Assembly: GCA_963664875.1 (NCBI GenBank)
Contig: OY761611.1
Span: 1,024,001 to 1,088,000 of the forward strand
Source of the DNA: Candidatus Kapaibacterium sp.
GTDB taxonomy: Bacteria; Bacteroidota; Ignavibacteria; Kapaibacteriales; UBA2268
Length of the DNA stretch: 64,000 nt
Direction of reading: 5' to 3'
Shown here: positions 1-10,275 of the stretch, in pieces
How positions within the stretch are numbered: position 1 is the stretch's first letter
Layout: the number at the start of each line of letters is the position of its first letter
Notes under the pieces: generated by a model
Told to the model about the DNA's origin: nothing
Seen by the model: only the letters and a program-made list of their open reading frames with translations
The model's database searches: none
Translations under genes and position numbers: made by a program

Positions 1-7
1 TTCATTA

Positions 8-325
8 TTATAACATTCCGAGTTCTAACTTGGCGGCATCACTCAGAAGATCCATCGTCCAAGGTGGGTCGAAAGTCAGCAGCACTTTTGCATTTGTTAC
101 TTCAGGTATTTCCCTTATCCTTTCCTGTACGTCGGTGGGTAATCCCTCAGCCACCGGACAGTTAGGCGAAGTAAGAGTCATTAGTACTACTACTTCATTC
201 TGAGCTGTTACGCTAATATCGTAAATCAATCCTAAATCATAAATATTTACCGGTATTTCCGGGTCAAATATATCTTTAATTTCGTTGATAACCTTTTTTT
301 CTAATTCTTGTGGTGAGATAGACAT
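8..325 (-). CDS. sufT: DUF59/SufT Fe-S cluster assembly protein
   Basis: DPEIPVNIYDLGLIY and MTLTSPNCP motifs; last gene of the suf cluster. Confidence 0.9.
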   Translation of the reverse strand: MSISPQELEKKVINEIKDIFDPEIPVNIYDLGLIYDISVTAQNEVVVLMTLTSPNCPVAEGLPTDVQERIREIPEVTNAKVLLTFDPPWTMDLLSDAAKLELGML

Positions 326-327
326 AC

Positions 328-783
328 CTATTCCTCCGTCTTCGCAGCTTGTTCATTTTCTTCGAGTGCATTCATCAATGTGTGCCAAGCTAAACTTGCA
401 CATTTGACTCTTGCCGGGAACTCCCTCACTCCGCAAAAAACAGCAAGTTTTCCTAAATTGACTACATCAGGATCTGAATTTGGATCAGAAGTAACCAAAT
501 CGTGAAACTCGTTGAACATTTGCTTTGCCTGCTCTACGGTTTTGCCTTTGAGTAGCGTAGTCATTATCGAAGCCGAGGCTTTAGAAATGGCACAACCTGC
601 ACCTTTGAATTTTACATCTTCAATCACACCATCTCTCATTTCGACAAATAAATCAATATGATCTCCACATAAAGGATTGTGTCCCTCTGCTGTGTGAGTA
701 CATGTATCCAATATTCCGAAATTTCGAGGATTTTTGTTATGGTCTAAGATAACCTGTTGATATAACTCTTGTAATTCATTCAT
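328..783 (-). CDS. sufU: SUF-system NifU/IscU-like protein (SufU)
   Basis: LYQQVILDH, NPLCGD, GCAISKAS and PARVKC motifs; follows sufS. Confidence 0.92.
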   Translation of the reverse strand: MNELQELYQQVILDHNKNPRNFGILDTCTHTAEGHNPLCGDHIDLFVEMRDGVIEDVKFKGAGCAISKASASIMTTLLKGKTVEQAKQMFNEFHDLVTSDPNSDPDVVNLGKLAVFCGVREFPARVKCASLAWHTLMNALEENEQAAKTEE

Positions 784-797
784 GATTTATGCCTTTC

Positions 798-2021
798 CTA
801 ACTGAACATATCGATTATCTTTTCAATCGATTTTACTAAAACGTCTATCTCTTCCTTAGTATTGTAAAAAGAAAAAGATGCCCTTGATGTAGCAGGAACA
901 TCAAACCTCCTCATAACCGGCTCTGTGCAGTGATGTCCGGTGCGAATTGCAACCCCGTCCATATCCATCATAGTACCGACATCATGCGGATGTGCTGCTT
1001 CCATTACGAAGGATAATACACTTGCTTTATGGTCGGCAGTGCCAATGATTCTGACTCCCGGAATAGCAGATACTTTTTCTGTGGCATAGTCCAATAACTC
1101 TTTTTCATAAGCAGCTATATTATCTAAGCCTAACTCAGAAATATACTTAATAGCAGCACCGAGCCCGATAGCACCTGCAATATTTGGAGTACCTGCTTCA
1201 AACTTCGCTGGTAGTTCGTTGTAAATTGTTTTTTCAAAGCTCACCGAAAGAATCATATCTCCACCCCCCTGATAAGGAGGCATTGCATTAAGATATTTCT
1301 TTTTACCATACAAGACACCTATACCAGTTGGTCCGTATATCTTATGACCTGAAAAAACTAAGAAATCCACATCAAGCTCTTTGACATCTATTTTGACGTG
1401 ATGTATTGACTGAGCTGCATCCATCATAACAGGTATTCCCCTGCTGTGTCCTGCATCTATAATCTTTTTGATAGGGTTTATCGTACCAAGCGAATTGGAA
1501 ATATGCACTACTGAAATAAGTTTAGTCTTCTCAGAAAGCAAATTCTCAAATTCTTCCCAAATTATTTCGCCTTTATCATTGATAGGAGCAACTTTCAGAA
1601 CGCATCCTATTTGCTCACAAAGCAATTGCCAAGGAACAATATTAGAATGATGCTCCATGTGCGAAATAAGCACTTCATCACCTTCTTTTAGATATTTTCT
1701 TCCAAAAGAGTTAGTAACTAAGTTAACAGAGTCAGTAGTCCCTTTTGTAAAAATAATCTCTTCAGTAGAATCAGCATTTATATAATCTTTTACAATTTTG
1801 CGTGCGTTTTCGTATTTATCAGTTGCTATTTGGCTAAGCTTATGAACACCTCTGTGAATATTACTATTATAATCTCTGTAAAATTCTTCTATAGCATCTA
1901 TTACGCATTGAGGCTTGTGTGATGTCGCAGCATTATCTAAATACACTAAATCTTTACCTCTGATTTTTTGTTTCAGAGTCGGGAAATCAGCACGCACTTT
2001 GTTTATATCAATAGTTGACAT
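798..2021 (-). CDS. sufS: Cysteine desulfurase SufS
   Basis: YLDNAAT, SGHK (PLP lysine) and RTGHHC group II catalytic loop. Confidence 0.96.
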   Translation of the reverse strand: MSTIDINKVRADFPTLKQKIRGKDLVYLDNAATSHKPQCVIDAIEEFYRDYNSNIHRGVHKLSQIATDKYENARKIVKDYINADSTEEIIFTKGTTDSVNLVTNSFGRKYLKEGDEVLISHMEHHSNIVPWQLLCEQIGCVLKVAPINDKGEIIWEEFENLLSEKTKLISVVHISNSLGTINPIKKIIDAGHSRGIPVMMDAAQSIHHVKIDVKELDVDFLVFSGHKIYGPTGIGVLYGKKKYLNAMPPYQGGGDMILSVSFEKTIYNELPAKFEAGTPNIAGAIGLGAAIKYISELGLDNIAAYEKELLDYATEKVSAIPGVRIIGTADHKASVLSFVMEAAHPHDVGTMMDMDGVAIRTGHHCTEPVMRRFDVPATSRASFSFYNTKEEIDVLVKSIEKIIDMFS

Positions 2022-2088
2022 TATCCTAATCCTTGAATATCCTTTGTTTGAGAAACTAATTATTTTGAGTAGCTATCGAGCTAAAAGA

Positions 2089-3387
2089 TTAGAAACTTAA
2101 TCTATTTAGCACTAATTCAGTAGCATAGTTTCTCAAATCCTCAATTCCAATTCGTTCGATGACCTCACCGGCGAAAGCATTAAGTAGTAAGGTTCTTGCT
2201 TCTTTTTCGCCTATACCGCGAGCTCTTAAGTAAAACAATGATTCTTCATCAAGATAGCCGCAAGTAGCACCATGACTACATTTCACATCATCGGCATAGA
2301 TTTCAAGCTCAGGTTTTGTGTTTATAGTAGCATCATCCGAAAGCAAAATATTCTTATTTGATTGGTAAGCATTTGTTTTCTGTGCATCCGGTCGAACCAT
2401 TATCTTGCCGTTGAATATCCCTGTACCTTTATCATTCATAATACCTTTGTAAAATTCATTGCTTTCGCAATGTGGCATAGCATGATCAAGGTAAGTGTGA
2501 TTATCTATCGTGTTATCAGCATCAACATAATAAAAACCATCCATATCCGATTGGCAACCTGTGCCATTGAGAACTGTATTGATGTTATTTCTGATGAATT
2601 TGCCTGATAAACTTAAAACTGATGTCTTAAAGTGAGAATCTCGTTCCTGTTGCACTTGGATATTACCAAAGTAGTAAGACTTCTCAGTATCTGCCTGAAG
2701 CTTGTGGTACTCTGCTCTTGCATTTTGTGCCACAAAAACTTCGGAAACTGAATTAGTCAATGAAGCATTGTCACCCAAAGTGTGATTTGTTTCAATTATT
2801 TTTACAGAGGCATTTTCTGCTACATCAATCAAATTTCTAAAATAAGCTTTGGTAGATTTGTCTTTGCTGTCATTGATTACAACAATATGCAAAGGCTTAT
2901 CAATTACAGTATTTCTTTCTACTTTGATATATGCACCTTCAAACGCCATTGCTGCATTTAAAGCAAGGAAAGGATCTTTTTTGTAATCTGCTATTTTAGA
3001 ATATACAGCGGAAATTGTGCTATCTGCTAAAACATCAGCAAGATTTCTGATAAGCAGACCTTTCTCTTGAACAACATCAGATAAGTTCTCTTCAAACCTA
3101 CCATTTACAAAAACAAGTCTATACGCATCAAATCTCGGAACTAATGCTTGTAGCTCTTCTTTGCTTAAATTTCCACGAAGAGATAATTCAAAATCAAATT
3201 GATGCATAAACGCAAGTTTGGTATATTTCCAGTTTTCATGCTTCAAAGTAGGTATTCCTACTTCATTGAAAGCATCTAATGCTTCTTTTCTTTTGCTGAA
3301 AGAGTCAGATTGTTTCTGTCCGTTAAGCACATCAGACAGTATTTCAAACTCATTGGCAATTTTATTTATAAATTCAGTTTTTGACAT
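2089..3387 (-). CDS. sufD: Fe-S cluster assembly protein SufD
   Basis: ENWKYT, KPELEIYADDVKCSHGAT and FYLRARGI motifs. Confidence 0.95.
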   Translation of the reverse strand: MSKTEFINKIANEFEILSDVLNGQKQSDSFSKRKEALDAFNEVGIPTLKHENWKYTKLAFMHQFDFELSLRGNLSKEELQALVPRFDAYRLVFVNGRFEENLSDVVQEKGLLIRNLADVLADSTISAVYSKIADYKKDPFLALNAAMAFEGAYIKVERNTVIDKPLHIVVINDSKDKSTKAYFRNLIDVAENASVKIIETNHTLGDNASLTNSVSEVFVAQNARAEYHKLQADTEKSYYFGNIQVQQERDSHFKTSVLSLSGKFIRNNINTVLNGTGCQSDMDGFYYVDADNTIDNHTYLDHAMPHCESNEFYKGIMNDKGTGIFNGKIMVRPDAQKTNAYQSNKNILLSDDATINTKPELEIYADDVKCSHGATCGYLDEESLFYLRARGIGEKEARTLLLNAFAGEVIERIGIEDLRNYATELVLNRLSF

Positions 3388-3404
3388 TATTTTACCTGAT
3401 TTAA

Positions 3405-4160
3405 TTAGTCAACAAGTTCTTTAATCCAATCGTATCCTTTTTCTTCCAACTCTAAAGCTAATTCTTTAGTTCCTGATTTTACTATACGACCTTTGTACAA
3501 AACGTGAACATAGTCAGGTACTATATAATCCAACAATCTTTGGTAGTGAGTGATTACAACAAAAGAATTATTCTCATTTTTCAATTTGTTTACACCTGAG
3601 GCTACTACTCTTAAAGCATCTATATCAAGCCCTGAGTCTGTTTCGTCCATGATAGCCAATTTAGGTTCGAGCATGGCCATCTGGAATATTTCGTTTCGTT
3701 TCTTCTCTCCACCTGAAAAACCTTGATTGACCGAACGGGTTAGAAATTGAGAATCAAGTTCTACGTAAGCAGCTTTTTCTTTCATTAACTGAAGGAAATC
3801 CATTGCATCTAAGGCATCTTGACCTCTATGTTTTCTTACCTCATTTACCGCAGTCTTCATAAAGTTTGCATTAGAAACTCCGGGAATTTCTACAGGATAT
3901 TGGAACGCTAAAAACATACCTTCTCTTGCTCTATCTTCAGGAGCCATTTCAAACAAATCTTTTCCGTCAAATGTTACTTTACCTTCCGTAACTTCAAATT
4001 CCTCTTTGCCTGCTAAAACAGATGCGAGAGTGCTTTTCCCTGAGCCGTTAGGTCCCATAATAGCATGAATTTCACCGGGTTTGACTTCCAAATTCAAACC
4101 GTGCAATATTTCTTTTCCGTCAATATTTGCTTTCAGATTTTCTATTTTTAAGAGTGACAT
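3405..4160 (-). CDS. sufC: Fe-S cluster assembly ATPase SufC
   Basis: GPNGSGKST, FSGGEKKRNE and DETDSGLDIDAL motifs. Confidence 0.97.
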   Translation of the reverse strand: MSLLKIENLKANIDGKEILHGLNLEVKPGEIHAIMGPNGSGKSTLASVLAGKEEFEVTEGKVTFDGKDLFEMAPEDRAREGMFLAFQYPVEIPGVSNANFMKTAVNEVRKHRGQDALDAMDFLQLMKEKAAYVELDSQFLTRSVNQGFSGGEKKRNEIFQMAMLEPKLAIMDETDSGLDIDALRVVASGVNKLKNENNSFVVITHYQRLLDYIVPDYVHVLYKGRIVKSGTKELALELEEKGYDWIKELVD

Positions 4161-4211
4161 CTTTAAAAGTCCTATTTCTATTTTATTTACAATTTATTTC
4201 AAGATTTATGA

Positions 4212-5666
4212 TTAGCCAACGCTGCCTTCTAAGCTGATAGCGAGCAATTTCTGAGCTTCCACTGCAAACTCCATAGGAAGTTTGTTTAGCACTTCTTTAG
4301 CGTAGCCATTTACAATCAAAGCTACTGCATCTTCAGTATTTATTCCTCTTTGATTTAAATAGAAGATGATATCTTCAGAAATTTTAGAAGTTGTGGCTTC
4401 GTGCTCTACCACTGCTGATTTGTTTTCTATTTCTAAATAAGGGAAAGTATGTGCACCGCACTTATCACCAATAAGCAAGGAATCACATTGGGAAAAGTTT
4501 CTCGCTCCGCTTGCTTTTTTATTGACTTTCACCAAACCACGATAGCTGTTTTCAGATTTACCGGCAGAAATGCCTTTAGAAACAATTCGGCTTTTAGAAT
4601 TTTTTCCGATATGTATCATTTTGCTGCCTGTGTCAGCAATTTGTCTGTTATTTGTCATTGCCACTGAGTAAAACTCACCAATAGACTCTTCACCTTTCAA
4701 TATGCAGCTTGGGTATTTCCATGTAATAGAAGAACCTGTTTCAACTTGAGTCCATGATATTTTTGATTTATAACCTGCACAAAGCCCACGCTTGGTTACA
4801 AAGTTATAAATACCACCCTTGCCTTCTTTATCGCCAGGATACCAGTTTTGTACTGTTGAGTATTTGATTTCAGCTCTTTCCATAGCAACGAGCTCTACTA
4901 CTGCAGCATGCAACTGATTTTCGTCTCTCATCGGAGCTGTGCAGCCCTCAAGATAAGAAACATAACTACCTTCATCTGCAATAATCAAAGTTCTTTCAAA
5001 CTGACCGGTTGCCGAAGCATTGATTCTAAAATATGTAGATAATTCCATAGGAGATCTTACTCCTTTTGGAATATAAACAAAGGAACCATCGCTGAAAACT
5101 GCAGAGTTAAGAGCCGCAAAGTAATTATCTGTGTAAGGCACCACACTGCCCAGATATTGCTTTACTAATTCAGGATGTTCCTGCAATGCTTCGCTTATTG
5201 GCATAAAAATAATACCATGCTTAGCTAATGTATCTTTAAAAGTAGTAGCTACTGAAACGCTGTCCATGACAGCATCTACAGCTATACCTTGCAATTTTTT
5301 CTGTTCATTCAAAGGGATTCCGAGCTTCGCGTAAGTATCTAAAATCTCAGGATCTACTTCGTCTAAGCTCTTTGGTCCTTCTTTTTTCTTAGGAGCAGCA
5401 TAATAGTGAATATCCTGATAATCAATAGGCGGATAGCTCAATTTTGCCCATTCCGGTTCTTTCAATGTAAGCCAGTGCCTAAAAGCTTTTAGTCTGTATT
5501 CGAGCATAAACTCAGGTTCATTCTTTTTTGCAGATATAAACCTGATAGTATCCTCGTCCAAACCCTTTGGAGCAAATTCCTGTTCGATATTGGTCGTAAA
5601 GCCATATTTATAATCGCTCTTCGTAAGATCTTCGAGGTACTGCTGTTCAGCCTGCTCTTTATTCAT
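4212..5666 (-). CDS. sufB: Fe-S cluster assembly protein SufB
   Basis: [25 protein letters not shown] and LPMEFAVEA motifs; start taken at the ATG overlapping the Rrf2 stop. Confidence 0.97.
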   Translation of the reverse strand: MNKEQAEQQYLEDLTKSDYKYGFTTNIEQEFAPKGLDEDTIRFISAKKNEPEFMLEYRLKAFRHWLTLKEPEWAKLSYPPIDYQDIHYYAAPKKKEGPKSLDEVDPEILDTYAKLGIPLNEQKKLQGIAVDAVMDSVSVATTFKDTLAKHGIIFMPISEALQEHPELVKQYLGSVVPYTDNYFAALNSAVFSDGSFVYIPKGVRSPMELSTYFRINASATGQFERTLIIADEGSYVSYLEGCTAPMRDENQLHAAVVELVAMERAEIKYSTVQNWYPGDKEGKGGIYNFVTKRGLCAGYKSKISWTQVETGSSITWKYPSCILKGEESIGEFYSVAMTNNRQIADTGSKMIHIGKNSKSRIVSKGISAGKSENSYRGLVKVNKKASGARNFSQCDSLLIGDKCGAHTFPYLEIENKSAVVEHEATTSKISEDIIFYLNQRGINTEDAVALIVNGYAKEVLNKLPMEFAVEAQKLLAISLEGSVG

Positions 5667-6129
5667 TACTTTTACCTTCAAATTTATAATTTAATATTTC
5701 ATTTGCATCAATTAAAGAAACCCTGTTTTTGCAAATATCAGCCAAACTGGTGGATTTCAGAATTATATTGATTCTCTGCTGTATATCCTGCATTGGAGAG
5801 CGTAGAGTGCAATCTTCTTCTCTAACGCAACTGCATTCACTATCTTCAGTGAGACAATCAACTACTTTAATCTCGTCATTTTGTGCATTTATTATATCTG
5901 CCAAAGAAATCAAAGTGGCAGGTCTGCTAAGTACATATCCGCCTTTAATTCCCTGCTTTGATTCAATTATTCCGTTTTTCATTAGTTTCTGTAGAGCTTT
6001 CGACAAAAACTCAAAAGAAATATTAAGCTGCTCTGCGATTTCCTTTGCAGATACTATTCCTTTCGAATTCATAGCCATGTACTGTACAGCGAGTATTGCG
6101 TATTCAACTTTCTTAGAGAGTTTGAACAT
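5659..6129 (-). CDS. Rrf2-family (IscR-like) transcriptional regulator
   Basis: [15 protein letters not shown] and a C-terminal Cys cluster; first gene of the suf operon. Confidence 0.9.
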   Translation of the reverse strand: MFKLSKKVEYAILAVQYMAMNSKGIVSAKEIAEQLNISFEFLSKALQKLMKNGIIESKQGIKGGYVLSRPATLISLADIINAQNDEIKVVDCLTEDSECSCVREEDCTLRSPMQDIQQRINIILKSTSLADICKNRVSLIDANEILNYKFEGKSNE

Positions 6130-6182
6130 AGATATTTGCCTATAGTGCCGTTGTTTTCGTATATGTCATTCGACGATTATCT

Positions 6183-6296
6183 AAATAGGACTATTGTAAT
6201 CCCATTTACAAAAATAGGGATTATTTTCGGCTCTGCAAATGAAGTTTTAATAATATGAGTGGATTTCTATAATTAGGACTGAAAAGGTCTGCTAAT
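6183..6296. promoter_or_regulatory. Two putative Rrf2/IscR-type operator sites upstream of the suf operon
   Basis: AAATAGGAC-N7-ATCCCATTT (6183-6207) and ATTAGGAC-N7-GTCTGCTAAT (6272-6296), resembling the GAC-N7-GTC core of IscR-type sites. Confidence 0.5.
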
Positions 6297-6703
6297 ATAC
6301 ATAATTTCCTATTATATCAGAAAGTAAAGTTTTATTTGAATGCAGGCAATAACAAATTAAATCTACTACTATGTTTTTTTCTTAATAGACATATTCATGT
6401 TTTTCCTTGCTCTTTCTTTTAGTATTCTATAAATAAATAATTTTATCAGTTAGCCACCTAGCCCTCTCTATCTTTCAATTGATGTAATTTTTATAAACGA
6501 AATTTCTCATAGCTTATTAGAGCGAATGTATGATTTAATCGTAGGTTTAGCTGTTTTCAAATACAGAATTATTCATAATAAAATCCAACATATCGATAAT
6601 ATTTTTATATAAAGTTCGTAGTATATCAATAACTACAGATGATATTTTTCTCAATTCATTGATAGTTGAGCTGCAAATGTAGGTTAAATTTTAAAGGCAT
6701 TTT

Positions 6704-7174
6704 ATGAGATTGTACGATGTATTTAGAGATCCGGTGCTGCTTAGAGGAGGTACTTTTTATAGTCACGTACAGGTTGGGGACGATTATCTGAATATATTCT
6801 ATCATTTAGATTATGATAGTTTCCGTGCAAAAGTACCGAACACAATCAGGTCAAAAAAAGATTTTGAAATGTATTGGGCTACTCACAATTCAATCGAAAA
6901 GATGATTGTAGAACCGATTAGAATGCTTAAAAATTTTCCGTCTCTGAAAAGAGTAAAGTTAGTTTTTGGTGATGGAAAGAATATTTATACGATAGATATC
7001 ACTGCTCAAGAATTGGAATATTACACCAATTATAGTGTAAAAGACCTAAATGATGACTTATGCTGGCAGAAGTTTGTCAATACTTACATTTACTCAAGTA
7101 ATAATCCTCTAAGGAAAAAGTTGTTCGATAGATTTACCAGCATACAAAAAAATAATGCAGCAAAATCAAGTTAA
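6704..7174 (+). CDS. Hypothetical protein
   Basis: 156-aa ORF with ATG start and a downstream hairpin; no family recognised. Confidence 0.7.
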   Translation: MRLYDVFRDPVLLRGGTFYSHVQVGDDYLNIFYHLDYDSFRAKVPNTIRSKKDFEMYWATHNSIEKMIVEPIRMLKNFPSLKRVKLVFGDGKNIYTIDITAQELEYYTNYSVKDLNDDLCWQKFVNTYIYSSNNPLRKKLFDRFTSIQKNNAAKSS

Positions 7175-7199
7175 TATTTTCAAATTAACTTGATTTTGC
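7160..7199. terminator. Hairpin (16-bp inverted repeat) at the end of 6704-7174
   Basis: GCAAAATCAAGTTAAT ... ATTAACTTGATTTTGC. Confidence 0.55.
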
Positions 7200-7459
7200 C
7201 TGAAATATCAAATCTCTTAAACATTCACTAAATCAATATTTATTGTCATCTTTAAAGTAAAATCGCCCCTAACAAGAGCATCATTCCATATTTAATCTTC
7301 TTTCTACTAAATACAAAAATATAATAACTACTATTTTATACCTATTGAAAACTTGTGCATAACTTTTCAATATTGGCAAGCATTTATGCTAAATTTTGTG
7401 TATTTTTGGTATTCGGATTAATACGTGTAGTTTTTTCCATATAGTATTGTTGTAAGTCC

Positions 7460-8014
7460 ATGATAAAAAGCTGGTTAACCAAAAAAGAAGAGCTTCTGGC
7501 AAATCTTAGAATCTTTAATGCTAAAATGATTACAAGGGAAAATCCTCTGTCTGGTGTGGACGGTAAATTTACGGTTTTGGATTCTCCTCAATGGGTTAAC
7601 ATCATACCTATAACTAAACAAAATGAAGTTGTTCTCGTTAAACAGTACAGACATGGCACTGATGAAATTACTTTGGAAATTCCCGGTGGTCTGATAGAAA
7701 AGGACGAAGATCCAAGACTTGCCGGCGAAAGGGAATGTCTGGAAGAAACCGGATTTGCTTCGGAATGCGATGCTATTTTACTTGGAAAAAACAGACCAAA
7801 TCCTGCTTTTCTGAATAATTATTGTTATTCTTACGTTTGGTTCGATTGCGAGCTGAAACAAAAGCAAAATTTGGATATACATGAAGACATAGAAGTAGTC
7901 ACTGTGCCACTCAAAGAGATAACCGATTATATAATAGATGGCAAAATCGACCACTCTTTGGTACTTACGGCTTTTTTCTTCTATGGTATGCAATATAAAA
8001 ACTTAGAATTTTAA
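7460..8014 (+). CDS. NUDIX hydrolase (ADP-ribose pyrophosphatase-like)
   Basis: KQYRHG and Nudix box [24 protein letters not shown]. Confidence 0.9.
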   Translation: MIKSWLTKKEELLANLRIFNAKMITRENPLSGVDGKFTVLDSPQWVNIIPITKQNEVVLVKQYRHGTDEITLEIPGGLIEKDEDPRLAGERECLEETGFASECDAILLGKNRPNPAFLNNYCYSYVWFDCELKQKQNLDIHEDIEVVTVPLKEITDYIIDGKIDHSLVLTAFFFYGMQYKNLEF

Positions 8015-8037
8015 ATAAATCATATATATTTGAGCTT

Positions 8038-8844
8038 ATGGGAAAAATAATTGCTATTGCGAATCAAAAAGGCGGCGTAGGCAAAACAACGTCTTCTATC
8101 AACTTAGCAGCCTCTCTTGCTGCTATGGAATTTAAAGTATTGCTTGTGGATACTGACCCTCAGGCTAATACTTCTAATGGTGTTGGTATAGATTCAAGAG
8201 AATTAGAAAAAACAGTTTACGAAGTGCTTGTCAATAAATTGCCTGCAAATGATTGCATTTTAGAAACTCAAATGCCAAATCTATTCCTTTTGCCTTCTCA
8301 CATCAACCTTGTTGGTGCAGAAATTGAAATGGTCAACGAAGAACAAAGGGAAATGGTTCTAAAAAGTGCATTAGCAGAAGTAAAGGAAGATTATGATTTT
8401 GTGATAATCGACTGTCCTCCCTCACTTGGCTTGCTTACATTGAATGCTCTTTCTGCTGCAAATGCGGTTCTTATTCCTGTACAGTGCGAGTATTACGCCT
8501 TGGAAGGTTTGGGGCAGCTGCTTAATACTATTTCAATTGTACGCTACCACCTCAATCCCGAGCTTGAAATCGAAGGTGTACTTTTGACTATGTTTGATGC
8601 AAGGCTCAGACTCTCTAATCAGGTTGTTGAAGAAGTACGTAAGCATTTCGACGATAAAGTATTCAATACTTTAATCAGCAGAAATGTCCGCTTATCGGAA
8701 GCACCAAGCCACGGTAAACCTGTAATTTTATACGATGCTGTAAGCTCCGGTGCTAAAAATTATTTAGACCTCGCAGGTGAAATAATCGAACGCAATAAAA
8801 AAATGTTTAAACGCAGAAAAATTAAAACAAATATTGTTGAATAA
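8038..8844 (+). CDS. parA: Chromosome partitioning ATPase ParA/Soj
   Basis: [29 protein letters not shown] and RLSEAPSHG motifs. Confidence 0.96.
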   Translation: MGKIIAIANQKGGVGKTTSSINLAASLAAMEFKVLLVDTDPQANTSNGVGIDSRELEKTVYEVLVNKLPANDCILETQMPNLFLLPSHINLVGAEIEMVNEEQREMVLKSALAEVKEDYDFVIIDCPPSLGLLTLNALSAANAVLIPVQCEYYALEGLGQLLNTISIVRYHLNPELEIEGVLLTMFDARLRLSNQVVEEVRKHFDDKVFNTLISRNVRLSEAPSHGKPVILYDAVSSGAKNYLDLAGEIIERNKKMFKRRKIKTNIVE

Positions 8845-8859
8845 TAATAGCAAAGTTAG

Positions 8860-9798
8860 ATGTCTAAAAATATAAAACCGGCTTTGGGCAAAGGGCTTGG
8901 TGCTCTAATCCCAAAAGTTGATTATCAAAAGCAACAAATCGAAGCTGAAAAGTCCAAATCTGTTGATACAGGAAGTATTGCCAATATAGATATTAAGTTC
9001 ATCACCACTAACCCGTATCAGCCCCGCAAGGATTTTGACGAAGAAGCTTTGAACGATTTGAAAAATTCTATTTTGGAGCATGGCGTAATTCAGCCTATAA
9101 CAGTTCGCAAATCTTTGCATGGTTTCGAGCTTGTTTCGGGAGAAAGACGTCTTAGAGCTTCAAAGATGGCTGGTTTGGAAACTATTCCGGCGTATGTTTT
9201 GGACGTTGAGACAGGTGCTAAATCCCTTCAACTTGCTATTATAGAAAATGTGCAGAGAGAAAATCTTAATCCTATAGAAATAGCACATTCTTACCAAAGA
9301 CTGATAGACGAATGCAATCTAACTCAGGAGCAGGTCTCTGTTAAAGTCGGAAAAGAGCGCTCTACAGTAGCCAATTTCCTACGATTACTCAAGCTCCCTG
9401 AAAAAGTGCAGGAACTTGTCAGAAAAAAAGAATTATCCATGGGACATGCCAGAACATTACTCGGCCTAAGCTCAAGTGAAAAAATGAATGATGCTGCAAT
9501 GCTTGTCATAGATAAGCAGCTTTCTGTAAGAGCTACTGAGGCTTTAGTGAAAGAGCTTGAAAATACTCAAAAAGTCGCTAAACCGGAACCTAAACAAAAA
9601 GAACCTATAGTAAGCGAAGAAACAAAGCTTATACTCGAAGATTTGGAAAACAGATTGAGACAATCTTTCGCAACTGACGTAAAAATTCATGCAAAATCAA
9701 AACAAAGCGGTACTATCAGCTTTGAATTTTATTCGCCGGAAGATATGGAAAGACTTATCGAATTATTTGAAGAAATTTCTAAAAAAAATGGAAACTAA
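8860..9798 (+). CDS. parB: Chromosome partitioning protein ParB/Spo0J
   Basis: LGKGLGALI, NPYQPRK, GERRLRA and ENVQRENL motifs. Confidence 0.96.
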   Translation: MSKNIKPALGKGLGALIPKVDYQKQQIEAEKSKSVDTGSIANIDIKFITTNPYQPRKDFDEEALNDLKNSILEHGVIQPITVRKSLHGFELVSGERRLRASKMAGLETIPAYVLDVETGAKSLQLAIIENVQRENLNPIEIAHSYQRLIDECNLTQEQVSVKVGKERSTVANFLRLLKLPEKVQELVRKKELSMGHARTLLGLSSSEKMNDAAMLVIDKQLSVRATEALVKELENTQKVAKPEPKQKEPIVSEETKLILEDLENRLRQSFATDVKIHAKSKQSGTISFEFYSPEDMERLIELFEEISKKNGN

Positions 9799-9810
9799 GG
9801 GAACTTTTTG

Positions 9811-10248
9811 ATGACTAACGGTGTAATAAAGCTATCACATAAGCATAAAATTAGAGTTAGATATGCCGATACAGACAAAATGGGCATAGTTTACAACGGA
9901 AATTACTTCACTTTTTTTGAAGTTGGCAGAACTGAACTCATGCGTTCGCATGGGCTTAGCTACAAGGAATTAGAAAAAGAGGGTTATTACCTCCCACTTG
10001 TAGAAAGCCATGCTAAGTATATCACTCCTGCTCTATATGACGACGAGCTTGATGTAGAAGCTACTTTATGCTTTGAGAAAAAAGCAACTCTGAAGTTTGA
10101 TTATAATATTTATCGTGGAGATACGATAATATCACAAGGTTATACAGTGCACTCATTCATGAATCAAGAAACAATGAGACCTGTAAGACCACCTAAATCA
10201 TTTATTGATTTACTGGAAAATATTCAAAATCAGAGTAGCAATAGCTAA
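9811..10248 (+). CDS. Acyl-CoA thioesterase (YbgC/4HBT family)
   Basis: RVRYADTDKMGIVYNGNYFTFFEVGR motif. Confidence 0.9.
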   Translation: MTNGVIKLSHKHKIRVRYADTDKMGIVYNGNYFTFFEVGRTELMRSHGLSYKELEKEGYYLPLVESHAKYITPALYDDELDVEATLCFEKKATLKFDYNIYRGDTIISQGYTVHSFMNQETMRPVRPPKSFIDLLENIQNQSSNS

Positions 10249-10275
10249 TATTGATAATTTTTTCGGACGCTAATC

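Noticed and set aside
1468-6145. Plus-strand ORFs inside the suf genes (and similar antisense or alternate-frame ORFs throughout the window)
   Set aside because: Shadow frames of well-supported genes with no recognisable motifs
7200-9800. parS site near parAB
   Set aside because: No TGTTTCACGTGAAACA-like palindrome found by eye
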